Shown here: positions 28,223 to 36,756 of the stretch, one piece after another | How the letters are laid out: every line of letters begins with the position of its first letter | Numbering within the stretch: position 1 is the first letter of the stretch | Source: a virus | Taxonomy: Duplodnaviria > Caudoviricetes | Virus record (IMG/VR): IMGVR_UViG_3300029823_000001 | Span: 1-50,473 of that record | Reading direction: 5' to 3' (one strand) | DNA: 50,473 nt | Program-made: the position numbers and the translations under genes | The notes under the pieces: generated by a model | Told to the model about the DNA's origin: nothing | The model's database searches: none | Seen by the model: the letters and a program-made list of their open reading frames with translations, nothing else

Positions 28223-28732
28223 TTTTCGTTATACACACACTATAACTAAATAAAATGTAATCCCAGGCGTGGGAGTTTTGGTAAGCCTCGAAAACGTTGT
28301 GTGTGAACGTTTTTGGGGTTTCCGTTTTTACACCTGTTCTTAAACGTTATCAGGTCGCACTTGTCGAGCGAATATAAAATAACGTGAGTAACATAAGACG
28401 TTGTTAAATGTCCTGCTCTGTTCAGCAACCAACAACAGGCGACTGCATGATGCGAAAGCAACAAACAACGAGGTTCAGGGATGCCATTGCTTATAGTTGC
28501 TCTGTTTTTGACGGCGCAGACACTAAAGACGCCTTTCAAATTCAACCTCTCTCTTTAATTATGCAGGGGAAAGGTTGCCTTGTTTTCATAATTTTAAAGA
28601 GCTACAATACGATTAACAAAAATCTTTTTAAACACAACAGCAAAAACAGTCATTTTCATAAAATACTATAATGCTAATACACAGATATTTACAAAAACAC
28701 TCAATTTATAAATGGTTAAAAAAGATTAAATG

Positions 28733-28786
28733 TATATCATTTGACATACATATATTTGGTATATTATATCAAATGATATATCTTTG
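28733..28786 (+). promoter_or_regulatory. Early promoter (TTTG-N20-TATCTTTG) with two TATATCA-NN-TGAYATA operators
   Basis: -33 at 28755-28758, -7 at 28779-28786; palindromes at 28733-28748 and 28765-28780. Confidence 0.78.
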
Positions 28787-28906
28787 CCAAACAAACATAA
28801 ACAATCGGTCATAAAAATAGCTGTCCGAGAAAAGCCGTAAATTTCAGCAACGATTAATACAGTGTATAGATAATTTTATTAAATAATTACGAGCAAAACA
28901 TACAAA

Positions 28907-29122
28907 ATGAACAAAAAAAATTACAAGGTGACAATGCAGGATATAAGGGCGATAAAAATTGGCACTTCCGTAACGTTCACGGTCGATCATCCAAAGGATA
29001 TAAACAGTATCCGGAACAGGGCTTACAACATAAACACGCAAGAGCCTGAACTGAAAAAGAGATATTCCTGCGCAACGAATTTCAGAAACAGAACAATAAC
29101 CATTACGGCAAATCCGGTATGA
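28907..29122 (+). CDS. Small basic protein, probably DNA-binding
   Basis: First gene of the early operon; 71 aa. Confidence 0.6.
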   Translation: MNKKNYKVTMQDIRAIKIGTSVTFTVDHPKDINSIRNRAYNINTQEPELKKRYSCATNFRNRTITITANPV

Positions 29123-29820
29123 AAGAATTATTGAATTTACAACAAACGATGTCAAGTCGTGAAATTTCGGATTTGACGGGGAAGCAACACAAACACGTTC
29201 TTGTCGATTGCGACAAGCTGAATGAAAATTATAGGGCTATGGGATTGGCCGAGATTTCGGCCGATGTTTACATGGATACTTACGGTAGAGAACAAAAGTG
29301 TTATACACTTACACGTATGCAAACGTTCGACCTTATGACAGGATACAGCGCACCTCTCCGCATCAAGGTTAACCGCCGTTGGGAAGAACTCGAAAATGCT
29401 CAAAAATTACAACTCCCCCAAACATTTGCCGAAGCACTCAGACAATTAGCCGAACAGGTAGAAGAAAACGAACGCCAGCAAAAATTATTAATCGAGCAGA
29501 AACCGAAGGTAATATTCGCCGATGCAGTTGCGACATCGACGCAAAGCTGTCTGATTGGCGAATTGGCAAAAATATTGAGGCAGAACGGAGTTGAGATTGG
29601 GCAAAACAGGTTGTTTGACTGGCTAAGAGCAAATGGTTACCTGTGCAGATACGGTGAAAAATACAACCAGCCAACTCAAAAGGCAATGGAAATGGAATTG
29701 TTCGAGGTAAAGAAAACTTCTATCACCAAGCCGAACGGAACAATCCTTATCACGGCAACAACCAAGGTAACTGGGAAAGGTCAAGTGTATTTTGTAAACA
29801 AATTACTTAAGGCATCATGA
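29119..29820 (+). CDS. Antirepressor (Rha N-terminal + KilAC/ANT C-terminal)
   Basis: MSSREISDLTGKQHKHV; LPQTFAEALR; IGQNRLFDWLR; TKVTGKGQVYF. Confidence 0.92.
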   Translation: MKELLNLQQTMSSREISDLTGKQHKHVLVDCDKLNENYRAMGLAEISADVYMDTYGREQKCYTLTRMQTFDLMTGYSAPLRIKVNRRWEELENAQKLQLPQTFAEALRQLAEQVEENERQQKLLIEQKPKVIFADAVATSTQSCLIGELAKILRQNGVEIGQNRLFDWLRANGYLCRYGEKYNQPTQKAMEMELFEVKKTSITKPNGTILITATTKVTGKGQVYFVNKLLKAS

Positions 29821-30068
29821 AAACCATCCACGATGCAATCAGCGAATTTCTGGCTGTTCACTGCGAAACGAGGGACGAGGCTAAAAGGATATTAAGCCTT
29901 GCACACGGAACCGGCAGGAGGTGGACGAAAGGAAGCATGATTGAAGTGGACAACTGGGGAGAATATAAAGAAAACACATGTTACTGCATTGCATCGTGCT
30001 CTTATGGTTCGGTAGATTACTTCACGGAACACAATTACAGAATAATAAAATCAACACTGATATTATGA
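29817..30068 (+). CDS. Hypothetical protein
   Basis: AVHCETRDEA...W motif common in phage early genes; ATGA coupling. Confidence 0.6.
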   Translation: MKTIHDAISEFLAVHCETRDEAKRILSLAHGTGRRWTKGSMIEVDNWGEYKENTCYCIASCSYGSVDYFTEHNYRIIKSTLIL

Positions 30069-30168
30069 ACGAAGAAAAGATTGACAGACTATTCGCAAAG
30101 ACGGAGAAGGTTCTCATCTGGGTTTGCATCGGGGTGCTTATATCGTGGATCATTTTACATATGGCATT

Positions 30169-30411
30169 ATGAAAACATTCACAAGATTTTTCGACAAGAA
30201 CGTGACTGTCTTCTACACCGAAAACGGATGCGGGAACATCACGATACAGTATAAAAACAAGATCGTTGACAGGTTCGATACGGGGATACTGTGCGGAAGC
30301 GAAATCTGTACGATAATGAACGAGATAGACGAAATTGTAAGAAAGAGATACGTGTTCCGTAGGAGGATGATACGGCGGTTAAAATCAGTGCGGAACATGC
30401 CGATATATTAA
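30169..30411 (+). CDS. Hypothetical protein
   Basis: ATG at 30169 coupled to a small upstream membrane ORF (30065-30172). Confidence 0.5.
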   Translation: MKTFTRFFDKNVTVFYTENGCGNITIQYKNKIVDRFDTGILCGSEICTIMNEIDEIVRKRYVFRRRMIRRLKSVRNMPIY

Positions 30412-30459
30412 GGTTGATAAATTACCGTGAAATGGTCGTTGTGAAACGGCCTCGGACAA

Positions 30460-30531
30460 GGGGTTATGGTATAATGGCTATTACGTCTGATTTGCAATCA
30501 GAAGATCCGGTTTCGATTACCGGTAGCTCCA
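30460..30531 (+). tRNA. tRNA-Ala(UGC)
   Basis: Acceptor GGGGTTA/TAGCTCC with G3:U70 and A73; anticodon arm TCTGA-TTTGCAA-TCAGA; T arm CCGGT-TTCGATT-ACCGG; CCA not encoded. Confidence 0.92.
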
Positions 30532-30732
30532 CAAAACAAGAGTTCATTAATGTACTTTCATCAAGTACACACGGCGACAGGCAACCGTGTATAAAGAACA
30601 AAACGAATAGCACAGGTCTCAACCTATCGAGCACCATATTATCAAGTAGGGGCGTGCATTGGGGATTTGAGACGTGAATATATAGTCGCAACGAAGCAGA
30701 TATATTAGGGCTTGCTATAGGCGACAAAATAA

Positions 30733-30856
30733 GGGATATGTGGCGGAACAGAGACGCATATTAGAAGGATTAAGTTCCACGCTATCAGTTCAGGGCGCAA
30801 AACTTTTTTTGCATAAATGAGTTTCCTGATGCAGGTATCAAGTCCTGCCATATCCC
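30733..30856 (+). ncRNA. tRNA-like RNA with expanded central region
   Basis: GGATATG/CATATCC acceptor, GCG...CGC D arm, GCAGG-TATCAAGT-CCTGC T arm; ~73 nt between D and T arms. Confidence 0.6.
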
Positions 30857-31055
30857 TTTTTCTGACGCTCTCTAATCAGGGATGCAGTCAAGGCTTTGTT
30901 GGTTGTGCCCGAAACAACCAATATCCCGGCAGTTCTTTGGTGAGCGGCCGGGAACATATCTGTGGAAAAACTTAAAATAAAGGATCGGGAATTGAAAATA
31001 AAAGAGAAAGAAATCGGAATAACGGTAGATCGATAATGCAGAACAATAAAAAAAT

Positions 31056-31403
31056 ATGGCAACAACAATCGGACTAACCATCGACGCACTCGAGCAGATC
31101 GACCAGTTGGATAAATTCGAGGGCGATATGGATGTGGAGAGTGAGGATTACTGCGTATCTGTTCAGTACTCACTCGAAAAAGTAAAAATCACAGGGGTAC
31201 AGAAAAGGTATTACGGTGACTGGATGAGAGTGTCGGAGGTGGATCATTCTATCAATTTAGACCTGTTCCAGTCAACGTTTTTACAATATCTAAGGAACAG
31301 GAAAAGGGAGCACAATATCGAGATGGACGAATACGACCAGAGAATCAAAAGAGAGTATCAGGAAAAGACAATCAACCGTGCCGGAACTATGGCTGGGTAT
31401 TAA
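31056..31403 (+). CDS. Hypothetical protein
   Basis: 115-aa ORF with an A-rich leader. Confidence 0.6.
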   Translation: MATTIGLTIDALEQIDQLDKFEGDMDVESEDYCVSVQYSLEKVKITGVQKRYYGDWMRVSEVDHSINLDLFQSTFLQYLRNRKREHNIEMDEYDQRIKREYQEKTINRAGTMAGY

Positions 31404-31427
31404 AAAATTCATAAACTAAAAAACAAG

Positions 31428-32324
31428 ATGACACTGATTAAGAAAGCGAACGAGATTGAAAGACCGAAAAACGTCAGGATGATGATTTACGGACAAAGTG
31501 GAACCGGTAAGACAACATTCTCATTGTCAAGTCCAGACACATTATTATTGGACTTCGACAACGGGGTTCACAGGCTGGAGAATCAGCACAGGACGGACAC
31601 AGTACAAGTTAGAACATTTCAGGAGGTTTTAAACGTGCTGGATGAGGATTTGAGCGGGTATAAAACAGTAGTTGTCGATACGGTAGGAAAGATGCTGGAC
31701 TACATTATAGTTCACATATGTGGAAAGAAACAGCCACGTATTCAGGACTGGGGAAAGATAAACATGACCTTTTCTGACTTTAACAGGACATTATACCACA
31801 GCGGCAAAAATGTGGTTTATGTGGCTCACAGGGACGTAAGGAAAGAGGGAGAAGAAAACGTATTTGTTCCCGCGTTGAGAGAAAAGTCATATAGTTCTAT
31901 CGTGGCTGATTTAGACCTTTTGGGGTACTTGGAAATGACCGACAAGGGAAGGACTTTAACTTTTAATCCTTCGACCCGAAACGACGGCAAAAACACCTGT
32001 CAGCTACCCAACCAGATATTAATTACAAATGTGGCTGGAAAGGAAAACACGGCATTGCAAGACCTTATTCTCAAGCCTTATGAGGATGTGTGTTTAAAAC
32101 AGTCTGAAACGGAAAAAGAATATCAAAAGGTAATGGACGAGCTCAAAGAGAACATTGACCTGATAACCGACGAATTGAGCGCAAACGATTTTGTAAACAG
32201 GATAGACAAGTTCAAACACGTGGGCAATTCAAAGGCTATGGCGGGAAACATGCTTTTGAAAAAGACAAACAGCCTTGGGCTTGTTTACAATAAGGAAACG
32301 AAGACTTATGAACATAAGGTATAG
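31428..32324 (+). CDS. Sak4-like AAA ATPase / recombinase
   Basis: IYGQSGTGKT, LLLDFDNG, VVVDT, YVAH; followed by exonuclease and SSB genes. Confidence 0.85.
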   Translation: MTLIKKANEIERPKNVRMMIYGQSGTGKTTFSLSSPDTLLLDFDNGVHRLENQHRTDTVQVRTFQEVLNVLDEDLSGYKTVVVDTVGKMLDYIIVHICGKKQPRIQDWGKINMTFSDFNRTLYHSGKNVVYVAHRDVRKEGEENVFVPALREKSYSSIVADLDLLGYLEMTDKGRTLTFNPSTRNDGKNTCQLPNQILITNVAGKENTALQDLILKPYEDVCLKQSETEKEYQKVMDELKENIDLITDELSANDFVNRIDKFKHVGNSKAMAGNMLLKKTNSLGLVYNKETKTYEHKV

Positions 32325-33069
32325 AATTTATCCGAGCCTTCTGGATTCATATACAAGCTACCTTTCGACAGAAGAGACCTATGACAAATACTGGGGAAAT
32401 TCTGACAACCCCTCAAAAACTTTAGAACAATTTGAAGAGGAGCAGTTCAACCAGTTCATCGACAAGATAAACAGGGTTCCGGTCAAATGGGAGGATTCGG
32501 AAAAGATGGACAGGGGAACAGCCTTTAATGAAATAGTGGACTGTATCATAAATCATTCAAAATCGGAGACGATGAACATTGTTTCCGACAACGGAAGAAT
32601 AATTGCGGACTTCAATAAGCGAACATTTTCCTTTCCAATAGATGTTTGCAAAGAGTTTGCCGACTATTTCAAAGGTGCTCAAAACCAGATAAGAGTTTCA
32701 GCAATACTTCCTACTCAATACGGTGATGTGGAGGTTTACGGTGTGATCGACGAGCTTATGCCGTTGTGCGTTCACGACATAAAGACGACTGGAAGTTACG
32801 AGGCGTGGAAGTATAAAAACTACGCCCAAAGACTTGTCTATCCTTATTGTCTGAATGAAAACGGCAACAAGGTGGACAGGTTTGAATTTAATGTGCTGGT
32901 GATAAAGGAAGGTAAGTTTGAAACAAGTTACGAATCACTAACCGAGTTTTACACTTATAATCACGATGAGGATTCTTTAATCCTGAAAGAAAGAGTAGAA
33001 GATTTGATTGAATTTTTAGAGAGTAATAGACATTTAATAACCAATAAAAAAATATTTGGAGAGATATGA
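32308..33069 (+). CDS. PD-(D/E)XK exonuclease-like protein
   Basis: DRGTAFN, YGVIDEL...HDIKTT...Q...Y. Confidence 0.75.
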   Translation: MNIRYRIYPSLLDSYTSYLSTEETYDKYWGNSDNPSKTLEQFEEEQFNQFIDKINRVPVKWEDSEKMDRGTAFNEIVDCIINHSKSETMNIVSDNGRIIADFNKRTFSFPIDVCKEFADYFKGAQNQIRVSAILPTQYGDVEVYGVIDELMPLCVHDIKTTGSYEAWKYKNYAQRLVYPYCLNENGNKVDRFEFNVLVIKEGKFETSYESLTEFYTYNHDEDSLILKERVEDLIEFLESNRHLITNKKIFGEI

Positions 33070-33503
33070 GTATCAACAAATGCACGATTTTGGGCAGAGT
33101 GGGCAAAGACCCCGAAATTAAACAGTTTGACGGAGGCAGCAAGGCATCCTTTTCAGTCGCCACAACGGAAAGAGGCTATACGACGAAAAACGGGGTATCC
33201 GTACCGGAAAAAACCGAGTGGCATAACATCGTATGTTGGAAAGGTCTGGCCACTATTGCGGAGCGGTTCGTGAAGAAAGGCGACTTAATCTACATCGAAG
33301 GCAAGATCACCACAAGAAGTTGGGAAAGCGACGGAAAGAAGCACTACATGACGGAGATCGTAGCGGACAATATCGAATTGCTGGGTAACAAATCTGAAAA
33401 GGTTGAAAAAGACCCGTTCGAGGAGCCGCCGATGGGGGAACCCGTTTACAGGGAGAATAAGTTTGACAAGGGTATTAATGCGGACGATTCTATGCCATTT
33501 TAA
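33066..33503 (+). CDS. ssb: Single-stranded DNA-binding protein
   Basis: GRVGKDPE, TEWHNIV, KKGDLIYIEGK, acidic DDSMPF tail. Confidence 0.96.
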   Translation: MSINKCTILGRVGKDPEIKQFDGGSKASFSVATTERGYTTKNGVSVPEKTEWHNIVCWKGLATIAERFVKKGDLIYIEGKITTRSWESDGKKHYMTEIVADNIELLGNKSEKVEKDPFEEPPMGEPVYRENKFDKGINADDSMPF

Positions 33504-33514
33504 AACAAAAGGAT

Positions 33515-34486
33515 ATGAGAATAAAATTTAACGATAAGATTTACCGATTGAAAGAGGTTGAATCGGGGGTTGACAGTTTGATGGAACTGGTGGAAGAGCA
33601 GAAATATAAGGACGGAGACTTTGTCTATGAAGATGGGCGCATAATGATAGTTAAGAGCTATCCGAACAACTATCACGCTAACGTATTGAATATGTATTCA
33701 GATAGCCCAGATTATGATGACACATACGGACTGGATTTTTCAGAACCGACATTCAGGTATGCAACAGATGAAGAGAAGCAGATACTGATCGATGCAATGA
33801 AGAAAGACGGCAAACGCTGGAATGCAGAGAAGATGGTTATTGAAGATATTTCAGTTTACAAGGATGGCGACTTCGTTGTGAATGATTCAAATTCAATTTT
33901 AATCTTTAAAGAGACTGATGGTGTTTGCATATTTGATCATGCTTATCTGCATGATAATGACGAACTCGTAATTGTTAAAGTTAAAAGTTACGATGGGATC
34001 AAACGCTATGCAACCACAGAAGAAAAACAACGAATGATTGAAGCACTTGCCGAACGAGATAAACGTTGGAATGCCGAGAAGAAGTGTGTCGAAGATATAC
34101 CGAAGCGTAAATTCAAAAATGGAGACAAGGTTACGCTCAAAAGTGGTTGCACAAGTAATCCAGGCCTAACCTATTATTCGCTATTTGACGAGTATATTGG
34201 AAAGGAATTAATAGTCATTGATTATACCGAAAGTGGAAATGTAAAATGCAATAACGGTCTTCGTTTTGCCGAGGACTGGCTCGAACCGTGGAGCGATGAG
34301 CCAAAAGTCGGGGATCGGGTAATCGCTTGGGATAATAGAAATACACCAATTATTGGAGTATTGGACAAGATTAATAAAGATGATAGTATATATCCATATC
34401 AGGTAGGTGGAATTAATTGGAACCACGCCGTCAAATGGGATGGAACAGTCGATCATCTCCAAAAAATCCGTTCCGGCAAAGTTTAA
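33515..34486 (+). CDS. Hypothetical protein with internal repeats
   Basis: Two copies of YKDGDFV...RYAT.EEKQ..I.A.....KRWNAEK...EDI and a third partial copy. Confidence 0.7.
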   Translation: MRIKFNDKIYRLKEVESGVDSLMELVEEQKYKDGDFVYEDGRIMIVKSYPNNYHANVLNMYSDSPDYDDTYGLDFSEPTFRYATDEEKQILIDAMKKDGKRWNAEKMVIEDISVYKDGDFVVNDSNSILIFKETDGVCIFDHAYLHDNDELVIVKVKSYDGIKRYATTEEKQRMIEALAERDKRWNAEKKCVEDIPKRKFKNGDKVTLKSGCTSNPGLTYYSLFDEYIGKELIVIDYTESGNVKCNNGLRFAEDWLEPWSDEPKVGDRVIAWDNRNTPIIGVLDKINKDDSIYPYQVGGINWNHAVKWDGTVDHLQKIRSGKV

Positions 34487-34536
34487 ACAGATAAGGTGAT
34501 GTTTTTAAACAGAGGGTAAGGGGTGGGCTAAAAGAT

Positions 34537-34971
34537 ATGATACTAAACTTGAACATCGAATTGGATCGGGAAAAATTTAAAACCCGATCCGATTTTTTAT
34601 TAGAGAAACGAAAGGTTGTTGAGCTGACGGAGAAGACGGGTAGGACACTCAATCAGAATTCCTATTTGCACCTTCTGTTGACAATACTTGCAATGGATAT
34701 AGGTGAAAGCGTGGAATATGTAAAGCAGTATATATTCAAGCGACACGTTAATACTGAATTATTCGTAAGAGAGAAGATCGACAGGATAATAGGGAAGGTT
34801 GAAATTTTGCGGTCAAGCGCAGACTTGACAAAAGAGGAAATGACTACCGCAATTGAAAGGTTTAAATTCTTCGCTAAAACAGAGCTTGGCATTTATTTGC
34901 CGGATGCCTTGAGCGAACATGACCAGTTGGAATTATTACGACAAATTGATAGGCAGAAAAACTACTTATGA
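34537..34971 (+). CDS. NinB-like protein
   Basis: RTLNQNSYLH, RSSADLTKEEM...IE, LGIYLP. Confidence 0.65.
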   Translation: MILNLNIELDREKFKTRSDFLLEKRKVVELTEKTGRTLNQNSYLHLLLTILAMDIGESVEYVKQYIFKRHVNTELFVREKIDRIIGKVEILRSSADLTKEEMTTAIERFKFFAKTELGIYLPDALSEHDQLELLRQIDRQKNYL

Positions 34972-35200
34972 CAGAAACAGCACTTGACACTCAGATAGGC
35001 GGCAACCATTATAAAACCTTCAAGATACAACCGATTGAGTTCATACATAAAAACAACTTATCATACATACAGGGCAATGTAATCAAATATGTATGCAGAT
35101 ACAGGGATAAGAACGGAATCGAAGATTTAAAAAAGCGAGACATTATATTGACATGCTAATTGAATTTGAAAATGAGCTACAAAAGGAAAGCAAAGGTTAA
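34968..35200 (+). CDS. DUF3310 (SaV-like) protein interrupted by a -1 frameshift at 35129-35135
   Basis: QIGGNHY, GNVIKYVCR...KNGIEDLKK; the conserved ARHYIDMLIE continues in the -1 frame. Confidence 0.75.
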
Positions 35201-35287
35201 GGACGACTTAAACAAGAACCCTGACAAGATAGACACGTCGATAGGAAAAATGTATCTGGAGCAGGGGAAAGTAAAATATTTGAAGAA

Positions 35288-35491
35288 ATGACACCCATCG
35301 AGGCGATAACAAAAATAATCGACGACAAGAAGGAGCGCAGAACATACCCGTTTTGCGCTCTTATTTCGTCTGTGAGGCCACTTTGTAATCTTTCCGATGC
35401 GGAGTTCACGAAAGAAATTGAACGGCTTAAAACGGCTGGAATCATAGTAGAAAGGCAAACGGTTAATTCAGTAAGTTATTATTTGGAGTAA
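35288..35491 (+). CDS. Small winged-helix-like hypothetical protein
   Basis: EIERLKTAGII...TVNS pattern. Confidence 0.5.
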   Translation: MTPIEAITKIIDDKKERRTYPFCALISSVRPLCNLSDAEFTKEIERLKTAGIIVERQTVNSVSYYLE

Positions 35492-35495
35492 AAAT

Positions 35496-36374
35496 ATGGA
35501 ATTTAAAAAATATCAACACGTTGAGCGGTTTGGAACGATTGAAACCGCAGGGATTGAAAACGGGATGTGTTACGTCTTTCCGAAGATTGACGGAACGAAC
35601 GCTTCTCTTTGGTGGGACGATGGACTAAAAGCCGGGAGCCGAAACAGGGAGCTTTCACTAAATTATGACAATGCCGGATTTATGGCGTGGGCTATCAACG
35701 AACCATCGTTTAGGGATCTGTTTCGGGAGTATCCCCAATTAAGACTGTACGGCGAATGGCTTGTGCCGCACACGTTAAATACTTACCACGAATGTGCCTG
35801 GCGAAACTTTTACGTTTTCGACGTGATGAGCGGAGATGAGTATTTGCACTACGACGATTATAGCAAAATATTGAGCACCCACGGAATAGAATACATTCCG
35901 CCGATTTGCAGGGTTGAAAATCCGACATACGAAAGACTTATATCGCAACTCGAAAAGAACGACTACCTGATTGAAGATGGCAAGGGAACGGGAGAGGGAA
36001 TTGTAATCAAGAATTACGATTACAGAAACAAATTCGGGCGAATTGTTTGGGCTAAAATCGTAGCAAATGAATTTAAGGCTAAACATCGTAAAAAGGATGT
36101 TGCGGAGATAAAAGAGGCTAAAATAATCGAACAGGAGATAGCCGAAAAGTTTATTACCAAATCTTTGGTTGAAAAGGAATTTGCAAAGATTAACGCCGAA
36201 GCGGGATGGAGCTCAAAGTTTATTCCAAGACTATTAAGCACAGTTTTCTATTGCCTTGTGAAAGAGGAAAGCTGGAATTTCATAAAGGAGTTCAAAAACC
36301 CTACAATTGATTTTAAACGACTTTCATTTTTCACGAATAACAGGATTAAGGAATTGATGCCTGAATTGTTTTGA
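35496..36374 (+). CDS. RNA ligase (Rnl2-like nucleotidyltransferase)
   Basis: Motif I PKIDGTN, GSRNR, LYGEW, FYVFDV, EGIVIK, WAKIV..EFK. Confidence 0.85.
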   Translation: MEFKKYQHVERFGTIETAGIENGMCYVFPKIDGTNASLWWDDGLKAGSRNRELSLNYDNAGFMAWAINEPSFRDLFREYPQLRLYGEWLVPHTLNTYHECAWRNFYVFDVMSGDEYLHYDDYSKILSTHGIEYIPPICRVENPTYERLISQLEKNDYLIEDGKGTGEGIVIKNYDYRNKFGRIVWAKIVANEFKAKHRKKDVAEIKEAKIIEQEIAEKFITKSLVEKEFAKINAEAGWSSKFIPRLLSTVFYCLVKEESWNFIKEFKNPTIDFKRLSFFTNNRIKELMPELF

Positions 36375-36375
36375 T

Positions 36376-36756
36376 ATGGAGAAGCTTGATAAAATTTTCA
36401 GCGAGTATGTGAGAATCCGTGATGCAGATGCAAACGGATATGTTCATTGTTACTGTTGCGGGTATCCTATACACTGGACTAACGCACAGGCGATGCACTT
36501 CATGAACAGGCGACATTTGGGAACGAGGTTCAACGAAGAAAACGTAAATGCAGGGTGCCCGCCGTGTAACATGTATCAGAACGGCAATCTGGAGGCTTAT
36601 GAGGCACATTTGATTCGTGAATACGGTGATAGCATCATCGAGAAACTAACGATGCTTAAAACGACAGTAACGAAGTTTGCGCCGTATGAGATTGAAGAGA
36701 TGACAAAGCATTACAAAATGGAAGTTAAACGGTTGAAAAAGGAGAAAGGGCTATGA
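36376..36756 (+). CDS. NinG/Rap-like recombination endonuclease
   Basis: LDKIFSEYVRIRD, CYCC, HF..R..TRFNEEN..GC..CN. Confidence 0.88.
   Translation: MEKLDKIFSEYVRIRDADANGYVHCYCCGYPIHWTNAQAMHFMNRRHLGTRFNEENVNAGCPPCNMYQNGNLEAYEAHLIREYGDSIIEKLTMLKTTVTKFAPYEIEEMTKHYKMEVKRLKKEKGL

Noticed and set aside
28246-28671. ORFs 28246-28545 (-) and 28408-28671 (+)
   Set aside because: Atypical composition, mutual overlap and coincidence with strong hairpins; treated as non-coding.
30414-30727. 87-aa ORFs on both strands
   Set aside because: They overlap a well-formed tRNA-Ala and show no protein motifs.
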